Source: Opitutales bacterium
GTDB lineage: Bacteria > Verrucomicrobiota > Verrucomicrobiia > Opitutales > UBA2987
Reading direction: 5' to 3'
Assembly: GCA_965226885.1 (NCBI GenBank)
Contig: CBDDEL010000001.1
Coordinates: 1 to 35,833 of the forward strand
DNA length: 35,833 nt
Shown: positions 19,694-29,976 of the stretch, piece after piece
Numbering within the stretch: the stretch's first letter is position 1
Layout: each line of letters starts with the position of its first letter
Program-made: the position numbers and the translations under genes
Notes under the pieces: generated by a model
The model's input: the letters and a program-made list of their open reading frames with translations, nothing else
Databases searched by the model: none
Told to the model about the DNA's origin: nothing

Positions 19694-21260
19694 CCCGGAA
19701 ATTTCGTAAAAAAAGTATCGTTGATATGCTTAACTGCTGATATACAGCAGGATAGATCAATAATTAAAGCAATATCAGCGATGACAAAAGGTAAACAATT
19801 AAAGCTACAGTTGACAAGGGTAAAAGGCCGCCGTGTGCGGGTTGATTTCAAGGGCGGAGAGGTTACTTCGGATGCCGGACTGCTTTTGATCCGGGAAGTG
19901 GATCGGCAGTTGGGCTTGACCGAACGAGCGGCCCGACAGTTAGTGGACAAACGGCAGAAGGGCAAAGTACGCCATGAGGTATTGGGGATGCTGCGGCAGC
20001 GCGTTTACGGGCTGGTGGCGGGCTATGAGGATTTGAACGACTTTGATACCCTGCGCCACGATCCATTGTTGCAAACGGTAACGGGGCGCATTGAAACGTT
20101 GGCCAGCGCGCCGACTTTGTGTCGTTTTGAAAACGGGCAGGATCGGCGGGCGGCCTTTGCGGTAAACGAGCTGTTGGTCGAACAGTTCATGGGCTCCTTT
20201 GCCGAGGAACCCGAAGAGATCATCCTGGACTTTGACGCCACCGACAATCCGGTGCACGGGCTCCAGGAGGGACGTTTTTTCCACGGTTATTATGATCATT
20301 ACTGTTTTCTGCCGCTATATGTTTTTTGCGGTGATCAGCTGCTGGTGGCCTACCTGCGGCCGAGCAAGATCGATGCCAGCAAGCATGCCGGGGCCATCCT
20401 CAAATTGCTGGTTAAACGGATTCGCCAAAGCTGGCCCCGTACGCGGATTATTTGGCGCGCCGACAGTGGATTTTGTCGAGACCGGATACTCTCTTGGTGC
20501 GACCGCAACGAAGTTAGTTACATCGTGGGGATGGCTCGCAATGCACGCTTGCAGCAAGACGCCCAGCAGTTGCAAAAGCAGGCCAAAGAATGGTTCGAAC
20601 TAAGGGGTAAAAAACAACGGTTATTCCAGGACTTCGTCTATGCTGCCGATTCGTGGCGATGGCTGCGGTTGGTCATCCATAAAGCCGAGCACACCGCACA
20701 GGGGTCCAACCCGCGCTTCGTGGTGACGAACCTGCCGGGCGATCCCCAGGAGCTTTACGACAAGGTATACTGTGGCCGCGGTGAAATGGAGAACCGAATC
20801 AAGGAACAGATGCAATTGTTCAGCGAGCGCACCAGCGCCCATCAATGGTGGGCCAATCAGTGGCGATTGCTCTTGTCGGCGCTGGCCTACACCTTGATGG
20901 AAGCCATGCGCCGGTTAGCCTTAAAAGGGACGAAGTGGGCGCGGGCCCAATGCCACACCCTGCGGCTCAAATTAATCAAGATCGGAGCGGTCATCGTGCG
21001 CAACACCCGAACGATTCACTTTCACCTAAGTGAGAGTTATCCTTGGGCCAGTCTTTTCAACCATGCGGCCCGCCGATTGGTGCCAACCTAAAGGGTGCAT
21101 TGGTGCTGCCCCCGGCACTACCGAACCAATGGGGGAAAGGGGGCAGTGTCTCTACACCCTGAAAAACACCTAAAAATCAAGACGATCTGCTCAAAATACA
21201 AAGAAATCCATCTCCAATAGCAATAACGAGCCAAACTTTACCCTTCATGAAATATCCGGG
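19694..21260 (+). mobile_element. IS1380-family element copy 1 (1567 bp)
   Basis: IRs CCCGGA(A/T)ATTTC / GAAATATCCGGG; flanks TTAG and CTAG. Confidence 0.93.
19781..21091 (+). CDS. IS1380-family transposase
   Basis: FKGGEVTSDAG, LDFDATD, RADSGF and RGEMENRIKE motifs; start placed at ATG 19781. Confidence 0.93.
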   Translation: MTKGKQLKLQLTRVKGRRVRVDFKGGEVTSDAGLLLIREVDRQLGLTERAARQLVDKRQKGKVRHEVLGMLRQRVYGLVAGYEDLNDFDTLRHDPLLQTVTGRIETLASAPTLCRFENGQDRRAAFAVNELLVEQFMGSFAEEPEEIILDFDATDNPVHGLQEGRFFHGYYDHYCFLPLYVFCGDQLLVAYLRPSKIDASKHAGAILKLLVKRIRQSWPRTRIIWRADSGFCRDRILSWCDRNEVSYIVGMARNARLQQDAQQLQKQAKEWFELRGKKQRLFQDFVYAADSWRWLRLVIHKAEHTAQGSNPRFVVTNLPGDPQELYDKVYCGRGEMENRIKEQMQLFSERTSAHQWWANQWRLLLSALAYTLMEAMRRLALKGTKWARAQCHTLRLKLIKIGAVIVRNTRTIHFHLSESYPWASLFNHAARRLVPT

Positions 21261-22625
21261 CTAGTATGAGCAATAAAGTCATCGAAAATTATTACTTTTA
21301 CTTTATCTCTTCCAAATACTTTGAAATATCTTTTAATTTGTTGAGAATATAATACAGTATTTCTGTAAAAAAAGGAAAACTGGACGATGCATTCCTTTGG
21401 AACATTAATACCTTTGATACGGTCTGGCTCAACTTCTAAAGCTGCTTCAAGATCGTATAATGGTTCCAGGCAATCAGCAAACTGGTTATTAAACATGGAG
21501 AAAACAGCATCTACAGGATTTCTGATTATAATTATGATTTTTGATTGCGGGTTGAAATCAAAGATATGTTTGACGGCAATTTTTGAATATAGATAAGATG
21601 TTGAAGCTTCGCCGATACATGTCTCTTGGGAAACACCTGAAAAAAGATTGAGATATTTTTTTTAGTATTTATTTTTAATAATGCCTTATTTCCTTTATTA
21701 TCAGTCGAAAAATAGTGGGGTTCCTTAATCCTCGACATAAATATGCTTGGGTGAGCACTCAAATATGAATACATGGAACTGGTTCCACACTTAGCCCGGA
21801 TATTTCGTAAAAAAAGTATCGTTGATATGCTTAACTGCTGATATACAGCAGGATAGATCAATAATTAAAGCAATATCAGCGATGACAAAAGGTAAACAAT
21901 TAAAGCTACAGTTGACAAGGGTAAAAGGCCGCCGTGTGCGGGTTGATTTCAAGGGCGGAGAGGTTACTTCGGATGCCGGACTGCTTTTGATCCGGGAAGT
22001 GGATCGGCAGTTGGGCTTGACCGAACGAGCGGCCCGACAGTTAGTGGACAAACGGCAGAAGGGCAAAGTACGCCATGAGGTATTGGGGATGCTGCGGCAG
22101 CGCGTTTACGGGCTGGTGGCGGGCTATGAGGATTTGAACGACTTTGATACCCTGCGCCACGATCCATTGTTGCAAACGGTAACGGGGCGCATTGAAACGT
22201 TGGCCAGCGCGCCGACTTTGTGTCGTTTTGAAAACGGGCAGGATCGGCGGGCGGCCTTTGCGGTAAACGAGCTGTTGGTCGAACAGTTCATGGGCTCCTT
22301 TGCCGAGGAACCCGAAGAGATCATCCTGGACTTTGACGCCACCGACAATCCGGTGCACGGGCTCCAGGAGGGACGTTTTTTCCACGGTTATTATGATCAT
22401 TACTGTTTTCTGCCGCTATATGTTTTTTGCGGTGATCAGCTGCTGGTGGCCTACCTGCGGCCGAGCAAGATCGATGCCAGCAAGCATGCCGGGGCCATCC
22501 TCAAATTGCTGGTTAAACGGATTCGCCAAAGCTGGCCCCGTACGCGGATTATTTGGCGCGCCGCGCGCCGACAGTGGATTTTGTCGAGACCGGATACTCT
22601 CTTGGTGCGACCGCAACGAAGTTAG

Positions 22626-24192
22626 CCCGGATATTTCGTAAAAAAAGTATCGTTGATATGCTTAACTGCTGATATACAGCAGGATAGATCAATAATTAAA
22701 GCAATATCAGCGATGACAAAAGGTAAACAATTAAAGCTACAGTTGACAAGGGTAAAAGGCCGCCGTGTGCGGGTTGATTTCAAGGGCGGAGAGGTTACTT
22801 CGGATGCCGGACTGCTTTTGATCCGGGAAGTGGATCGGCAGTTGGGCTTGACCGAACGAGCGGCCCGACAGTTAGTGGACAAACGGCAGAAGGGCAAAGT
22901 ACGCCATGAGGTATTGGGGATGCTGCGGCAGCGCGTTTACGGGCTGGTGGCGGGCTATGAGGATTTGAACGACTTTGATACCCTGCGCCACGATCCATTG
23001 TTGCAAACGGTAACGGGGCGCATTGAAACGTTGGCCAGCGCGCCGACTTTGTGTCGTTTTGAAAACGGGCAGGATCGGCGGGCGGCCTTTGCGGTAAACG
23101 AGCTGTTGGTCGAACAGTTCATGGGCTCCTTTGCCGAGGAACCCGAAGAGATCATCCTGGACTTTGACGCCACCGACAATCCGGTGCACGGGCTCCAGGA
23201 GGGACGTTTTTTCCACGGTTATTATGATCATTACTGTTTTCTGCCGCTATATGTTTTTTGCGGTGATCAGCTGCTGGTGGCCTACCTGCGGCCGAGCAAG
23301 ATCGATGCCAGCAAGCATGCCGGGGCCATCCTCAAATTGCTGGTTAAACGGATTCGCCAAAGCTGGCCCCGTACGCGGATTATTTGGCGCGCCGACAGTG
23401 GATTTTGTCGAGACCGGATACTCTCTTGGTGCGACCGCAACGAAGTTAGTTACATCGTGGGGATGGCTCGCAATGCACGCTTGCAGCAAGACGCCCAGCA
23501 GTTGCAAAAGCAGGCCAAAGAATGGTTCGAACTAAGGGGTAAAAAACAACGGTTATTCCAGGACTTCGTCTATGCTGCCGATTCGTGGCGATGGCTGCGG
23601 TTGGTCATCCATAAAGCCGAACACACCGCACAGGGGTCCAACCCGCGCTTCGTGGTGACGAACCTGCCGGGCGATCCCCAGGAGCTTTACGACAAGGTAT
23701 ACTGTGGCCGCGGTGAAATGGAGAACCGAATCAAGGAACAGATGCAATTGTTCAGCGAGCGCACCAGCGCCCATCAATGGTGGGCCAATCAGTGGCGATT
23801 GCTCTTGTCGGCGCTGGCCTACACCTTGATGGAAGCCATGCGCCGGTTAGCCTTAAAAGGGACGAAGTGGGCGCGGGCCCAATGCCACACCCTGCGGCTC
23901 AAATTAATCAAGATCGGAGCGGTCATCGTGCGCAACACCCGAACGATTCACTTTCACCTAAGTGAGAGTTATCCTTGGGCCAGTCTTTTCAACCATGCGG
24001 CCCGCCGATTGGTGCCAACCTAAAGGGTGCATTGGTGCTGCCCCCGGCACTACCGAACCAATGGGGGAAAGGGGGCAGTGTCTCTACACCCTGAAAAACA
24101 CCTAAAAATCAAGACGATCTGCTCAAAATACAAAGAAATCCATCTCCAATAGCAATAACGAGCCAAACTTTACCCTTCATGAAATATCCGGG
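22626..24192 (+). mobile_element. IS1380-family element copy 3 (complete), nested in copy 2
   Basis: Both IRs present; 4-bp TSD TTAG; 1567 bp. Confidence 0.95.
22713..24023 (+). CDS. IS1380-family transposase (intact)
   Basis: Protein identical to that of 19781-21091. Confidence 0.93.
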   Translation: MTKGKQLKLQLTRVKGRRVRVDFKGGEVTSDAGLLLIREVDRQLGLTERAARQLVDKRQKGKVRHEVLGMLRQRVYGLVAGYEDLNDFDTLRHDPLLQTVTGRIETLASAPTLCRFENGQDRRAAFAVNELLVEQFMGSFAEEPEEIILDFDATDNPVHGLQEGRFFHGYYDHYCFLPLYVFCGDQLLVAYLRPSKIDASKHAGAILKLLVKRIRQSWPRTRIIWRADSGFCRDRILSWCDRNEVSYIVGMARNARLQQDAQQLQKQAKEWFELRGKKQRLFQDFVYAADSWRWLRLVIHKAEHTAQGSNPRFVVTNLPGDPQELYDKVYCGRGEMENRIKEQMQLFSERTSAHQWWANQWRLLLSALAYTLMEAMRRLALKGTKWARAQCHTLRLKLIKIGAVIVRNTRTIHFHLSESYPWASLFNHAARRLVPT

Positions 24193-24936
24193 TTAGTTAC
24201 ATCGTGGGGATGGCTCGCAATGCACGCTTGCAGCAAGACGCCCAGCAGTTGCAAAAGCAGGCCAAAGAATGGTTCGAACTAAGGGGTAAAAAACAACGGT
24301 TATTCCAGGACTTCGTCTATGCTGCCGATTCGTGGCGATGGCTGCGGTTGGTCATCCATAAAGCCGAACACACCGCACAGGGGTCCAACCCGCGCTTCGT
24401 GGTGACGAACCTGCCGGGCGATCCCCAGGAGCTTTACGACAAGGTATACTGTGGCCGCGGTGAAATGGAGAACCGAATCAAGGAACAGATGCAATTGTTC
24501 AGCGAGCGCACCAGCGCCCATCAATGGTGGGCCAATCAGTGGCGATTGCTCTTGTCGGCGCTGGCCTACACCTTGATGGAAGCCATGCGCCGGTTAGCCT
24601 TAAAAGGGACGAAGTGGGCGCGGGCCCAATGCCACACCCTGCGGCTCAAATTAATCAAGATCGGAGCGGTCATCGTGCGCAACACCCGAACGATTCACTT
24701 TCACCTAAGTGAGAGTTATCCTTGGGCCAGTCTTTTCAACCATGCGGCCCGCCGATTGGTGCCAACCTAAAGGGTGCATTGGTGCTGCCCCCGGCACTAC
24801 CGAACCAATGGGGGAAAGGGGGCAGTGTCTCTACACCCTGAAAAACACCTAAAAATCAAGACGATCTGCTCAAAATACAAAGAAATCCATCTCCAATAGC
24901 AATAACGAGCCAAACTTTACCCTTCATGAAATATCC

Positions 24937-26781
24937 GGTAGTGTATAAAAAAAGAATGTTATTTTGTATTTTTAGCTGTACAAATAGCGTTAGGCAGTTT
25001 ATTCTTAGTGCATGGTTACTAAAATTATTAATTGTCGGCACTGTGGAAGTGAAAATATCATTAAATTTGGCAAGACGCCCAACCATAAACAGCGCTACCG
25101 CTGCCATGATTGTGGTAAACAAAGCCGCGAAAACCCCACAGTGAAATACACCGAAGAGCAAAAAGAAATGATCCTTCGAGTCTATCAGGAACGCAGCAGT
25201 CTACGCGGTTTACAGCGCGCCTTCGGGGTGAGTCCCAACACCGTTTTGAGTTGGTTAAAAAAAACGACAATCGCTGCGACCGCTCAAAAGCACGATTCTT
25301 GCGGCCCGCCGCCATGATGTCATTGAACTGGACGAACTGTGGTCTTTTGTGGGGCGCAAGAGCGATGCCCAATGGGTTTGGATCGCTCTTTGCCGACGCA
25401 CCCGTCAAATCCTCTCCTATGCCATTGGGCCTCGGGATTGGTATCGTTGCCGGGAACTTTACGAGCGTCTGCCACGGGCCTACAAAAGATGTGCCACCTA
25501 CAGCGACTTTTGGAGCACTTATGATGAAGTCTTTCCTCATAACCGATCCGTGGGAAAAGAAACCGGTGAAACGGCCCATGTGGAACGATGGAACAATACC
25601 CTGCGCCAACGACTGGGTCGTTTCACACGCAAAACCCTCTCCTTTTCCAAGCTTAAGAGTATGCATGAAACCTGTCTGAGACCTTTCATTCATCAATATA
25701 ATCAAGAATTATTAATCCGGCAATTGAATAGTAACAGTTAAGCGGCGTATTGAACATCCCGATGATGGAAGAGTTTTTTAATCAAAATTGGTTTTCGTTG
25801 CCTGCTGCGCAGGTGGGTTCGCAGACTTCCCTGCAACTCAATTTGGCTGCGCGGGGCCGGCAGGTTCTTCAAGTTGGCTTTGACCGTGTTATTCAAATAC
25901 TCATCGGGGTTCAATTCGGGACTGTAAGATGGTAGATAAAAAATCCCGATCCTATCGCGGTGGGCTTCAATCCAACCGGTTACTTTTTTAGCATGATGCA
26001 CTCTCAGATTGTCCACAATGAGAAAGATTTTCCGTTTGGCTCCTTTGATTAACTGGCGCAGAAATTTGATAAACAGTTCCACATTCAAGGCTCCCTTGTA
26101 AACCATGAAACGCAGCTTTCCACGGTTGGTTATAGTCGAGATCATGCTCGTGCTAAAACGACGCGCACTGCGTTTGGCAACTGGCGTTTTACCGCGCGGA
26201 GCATAACCTCTTCCCCGATGATCTTCGCTACTGATGCCGGTTTCATCTCCCCAGTGGATTTGGGCCTGTTGCGCTTTGGCTCTGGCTTCGATGGCCGGGT
26301 AAGTTTGATCAAGCCACTTCTTAATCGCCTCAGGCTGCTGCTCATAGGCTTGTCTTCGAGGTTTTTGTGGAGTGAAACCCCAACGGCGAAGATACTCGCC
26401 CACCGTGCGGATCGGCATCTTCAAAGCAAACTGCCTTTCAATCAACTCTTGCACCGCTTGGCGCGTCCACAGGGCAAAGGGCATCTTAAGCTGGTCGGGT
26501 CTCTTATCGGTAATCATTCGGCACACCATGCGCTCTTGTTGGGAGCTCAATCTTCGACATTGGCCCTGCCGACGGCCCCGTTGTCCAAGCCGCAGGGCTT
26601 TTGGCCCTCCATTTCGGTAAAGGGCCCACCATTTGCGCACAGCGCTGATCGATACCTTTAAAACCACGGAAACCTCTTCATAAGTGCAACCCTCTCTTTT
26701 CAGATCCACCGCCCGACACCTCAGCTCATATATAGTCTCTTCGCTTAGTGAACGCGCATCATTCCTACTTAATACACTACC
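24937..26781 (+). mobile_element. IS1-family element copy D, carrying an IS630 insertion
   Basis: TSD AAATATCC (24929-24936 / 26782-26789); InsA 25012-25317; InsB to 25741 with an altered C-terminus. Confidence 0.92.
25712..26759 (-). mobile_element. IS630-family element, left end truncated (transposase ORF 25738-26709)
   Basis: HWGDETG, IVDNLRVH and LPSYSPELNPDE motifs; inserted after a TA. The reading frame extends upstream (DARSLSEETIYELRCRAV) directly into the IS1 right IR with no native start or IR. Confidence 0.88.
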
Positions 26782-26792
26782 AAATATCCGGG

Positions 26793-26850
26793 CTAAAATG
26801 AGCGCCTATCAGAAGCCCTCGCAAAAATCACCCTTTTGGGACAGCCTCTA
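26793..26850 (+). mobile_element. Orphan right end of the ISNCY/IS5-like element
   Basis: 58 bp matching 33374-33431 with 1 mismatch, including the IR TTTTGGGACAGCCTCTA. Confidence 0.9.
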
Positions 26851-26869
26851 GTCTAGCGAAATGTGGACG

Positions 26870-28194
26870 TGATGTGCACTGGAAAAAGTGGACACGAGAT
26901 TCTCCTAAATGGAGAATCGAAGCATGGGAAGAAGACGCAGTATAGAGTTCAAAAATGAGGCAGTTCAACTGATGATACTCGATGGTCTGAGCGCCACCGA
27001 GGTATCGACCAAACTTGGGGTCAACACCAACCAATTGTATAGGTGGAAGAGGCTCTATCTGGACGATCAGCAGGGCGAAGCCACCTCAAAGCGACAGAGC
27101 AGTCCGAAGGAGATGGCGGCCGAGATAGATCGTCTTCGCAAAGAGCTGCGCCGCTCGGAGCGGATCAACCAGATACTAAAAAAAACGGTGGGCTACTTTG
27201 CCAAGGACGAACAATGAAGTACCAGTTTGTCAAAGACAACGAGGGGCGCTTCAAGATCGAGGAAATATGCTCGGCGATGGGGATTTGTCGCAGTGGCTAT
27301 TACTGCTGGAGGCCCCGAGCGCCCTCGGCCCGGCGGATCGAGGACGAGGGAATCAAGGGGGCGATCCTGAAGGTACACAAAGAGGCCAAGGGCCGCTATG
27401 GGCATCGGCCAATGCACCGCCATCTGAAGGATGATGAGGGCATCGATTGCGGCCGTGACCGGGCTCTGCGTCTGATGCGTGAAATGGGAATCAAAAGCAC
27501 CCAGAGTAAACGCTTTAAGCCATTAAAAACCAACAGTAACCATCCCTATGGTTACAGCCCCAATGTGCTTAAAAAGCATGGCCAGCCGACCCATATCGAC
27601 GAGGTCTGGGTGGCGGACACGACCTACCTACGGACCCTGGCCGGTTGGATGTACTTGGCCACGGTGATGGACCTGTTCAGCCGACGCCTGCTGGGCTGGA
27701 GCGTTTCCAACCACAACGACGCGAAGCTGGTTGGCAAGGCCCTCAAAGCCGCGGCCATGACCCGCGGCACACTGCGCACCGGGATTATTCATCACAGCGA
27801 TCGGGGCAGCCCCTACGCCAGCGACGACTATCAGAGGCTGGTCTCTGAACTAGGCATGAAGCCGAGCATGAGCGCCCAAGGCAACTGCTACGACAACGCG
27901 GCCATGGAATCGTTCTACGGCCGCTTCAAGACCAGCACGATTCGAGGCCGCCACTTTGCCGACGAGCGCGAACTGCGATCAACTGTCTTCGAATACGTGG
28001 AAATCTTCTACAACCGATATCGCAAACATTCCTCTCTGAGTTACCAAAGCCCAGTCCAATTCGAGGAAAATATTTGCCCCCCATGGGGGGCAACGAGAAA
28101 ACAAAACCCTTTACCAAAACAAGCCGCCTGACACACTAATCAATAAACAATGAATATAAGAGAATCCCGTGTCCAACAAATCCAGTACACGTCA
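26870..28194 (+). mobile_element. IS3-family element (1325 bp)
   Basis: TG...CA ends, IRs TGATGTGCACTGGAAAAAGTGGACAC / GTGTCCAACAAATCCAGTACACGTCA; 4-bp TSD GACG. Confidence 0.95.
26909..28131 (+). CDS. IS3-family transposase OrfA/OrfB (-1 frameshift at A8 27178-27185; ATGA overlap)
   Basis: OrfA HTH 26909-27217; OrfB WVADTTY, HHSDRGS and DNAAMES DDE motifs. Confidence 0.92.
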
Positions 28195-28754
28195 GACGTA
28201 AATAGATTGCATAGAGACTACTTGCTGGATAATGTCTCAAAACGTTCTTAATGGCTGAGCATACTGTCTTACGGATATGGAGAAAAATGCACCAATTGCT
28301 TTCCTTGCATTTTCAGCATCACGTGCCTTACCTTTAGCTTGACGTATCTTGCCTTCTGCTTGATGAGAGCCAGAATCTGATGACGGTTTACAACATGCAT
28401 TTCAGTGCCCGTTCGTTGGCAGCCAATGATTGTGTACTCCGAGATTTTCCATATAAACCTTCATAATCGTTGAAAATAGCTACTTTCTAATATTTCGATT
28501 CATTTTATTGCTTTCAATGTGATTTGCCAGTTCATTCTTTTGCGTCACCCATGGAATTTTGAGAATTTGCTTGCTATTAGTCTACTTAAGTAACTTATTA
28601 TTAATTATATAGCGATTATTTCAAGCAAATTTTCTTATGATGAAATAGGAAATATGGGATTATTCGTGTAATCTGTGGTTTAAGAATGTCATCGATTGAA
28701 TTATTGAAACTTTGGGGTCAACTAAATAGTCAATATCAACAATTATAACGTACA

Positions 28755-29944
28755 ATGAATCAAAAGTGTAAAAAAAATTATTTGAAAATGGCTCTACAGG
28801 AGCCGTTTCGTATTTTTTTCCCGATTGGGGTTGCGGTGGCGTTATTAGGGGTCGCTTTGTGGCCTTTGTTTCACTGGCAAATTATAAATTTCTATCCCGG
28901 TTTCATTCATGCGCGTTTGATGTCGGTTGGGTTTTTCGGCGCATTCATCATTGGTTTTTTAACCACCGCGGTCCCCAGATTTTTAAGCGCTCCGAAGTTA
29001 AAAGATAAAGAAGTTGTATTTTTGGTTTTATTGCACCTTTCGGCCTGTATTTGTTATGCCATCGGTCTGCTCGTTTATGGTGATGCGGTTTTCCTCCTTA
29101 CGCTTGTATTTTTGAGGATATTTTTGGTAAAAAGATTCACCCGCCGGGAAGATATGCCTCCACCGGGAATAATTTTGGTCATAGGTGGAACTTCCATGGC
29201 CATGGGCGCCTGTGGTATTTTTCTTTTAAACGGTGTTTTCGGGATCGGGCTTGCCCTACACCGGATGGCCCAACTGTTTCTTTACGAGGGTTTTATTTTA
29301 TGTCCCATTCTGGGAATCGCTCCTTTTATTTTTCCAGGTTTCGGGGGTCTTCCCAACCGCCATAATTTCCCCGAAGCCCGCAAGTCCAACTCCGCCTGGC
29401 GGGCCAAGGCATGGCTGGCCGGTGTTGTTGCTTTTACCATTGCGCTATCCTACTTTCTGGAGGGATTCGGTTTGGGTTGGGTCGGAAGTTGTGTGCGCTT
29501 GGCGGCGATTGTTTATTACCTCATAAGGGAAATTCCTCTACGGTTTTCTTTTAAAACTTCGGGAAGTTTGGCCCGCTTGCTGCAAGCCGGCATACTCTCT
29601 TTGACGGTTTGGCTGGTATTAACGGTTATTCTTCCCGATTATCGGGTGACCTGGGATCACTTGCTTTTTATGGGAGGATACGCCTTGATCGTCATCGGGG
29701 TGGCCACCCGGGTGATTTTGGGGCACAGCGGCCAGGGGCATCGGTTGCGCAAGCGAATGCCATTGGCCTGGGTCATATTGTTCCTCATTTTATTGGCTAT
29801 GGCATCCCGCATAACCCCGCGGATTTTCTTCCCCAGGAGCGAATTTCGCACCTCGATTACGCTGCCATCGGGTGGATTTTCGGGCTGGGCCTATGGGCCT
29901 CGACTATTCTTCCGGCAGTAGCGATTCCGGATGTGGAGGAGTAA
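28755..29944 (+). pseudogene. nnrS: NnrS-family membrane protein, frameshifted near the C-terminus
   Basis: EPFRIFFP, HARLM..GF...FIIGFLTTAVPRF, HLLFMGG and ATRVILGHSG motifs. The last TM helix (ADFLPQERISHLDYAAIGWIFGLGLW...) is in another frame after a C4 run at 29815-29818. Confidence 0.78.
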
Positions 29945-29976
29945 TACGAGAACCAGGATTGAGTGAATGAATTAAC

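Larger units (their letters stand above)
17726..21794 (-). pseudogene. Sulfotransferase gene split by IS1 and IS1380 insertions, 5' end deleted
   Basis: Pieces 21261-21794, 19578-19693 and 17726-17965 splice into KCGTSSMYSYLSAHP..KEPHYF..GEASTSYLYS..KIIIIIRNPVD..IIFDDFIAHTKMIYGETLDFLGI..LSKL(L)NRDLSHW, with PAPS-binding motifs; additional homopolymer frameshifts; AT-rich. Confidence 0.85.
21795..26792 (+). mobile_element. IS1380-family element copy 2, interrupted by copy 3 and by IS1 copy D in its right IR
   Basis: Segments 21795-22625, 24197-24936 and 26790-26792 sum to 1567 bp after removing a 7-bp duplication GCGCGCC (22556-22569); flanks TTAG / CTAA. Confidence 0.9.

Noticed and set aside
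19721..19780. Extended N-terminus of the IS1380 transposase in the ORF track
   Set aside because: TTG start close to the element's left end; the family-typical start is ATG 19781 (MTKG...).
17966..24936. Nested IS copies as assembly artefacts
   Set aside because: Junctions have correct family-specific TSDs and the copies carry private SNPs.
27043..27180. Long N-terminus of IS3 OrfB
   Set aside because: Overlaps OrfA; OrfB is reached by frameshift or the ATGA overlap.
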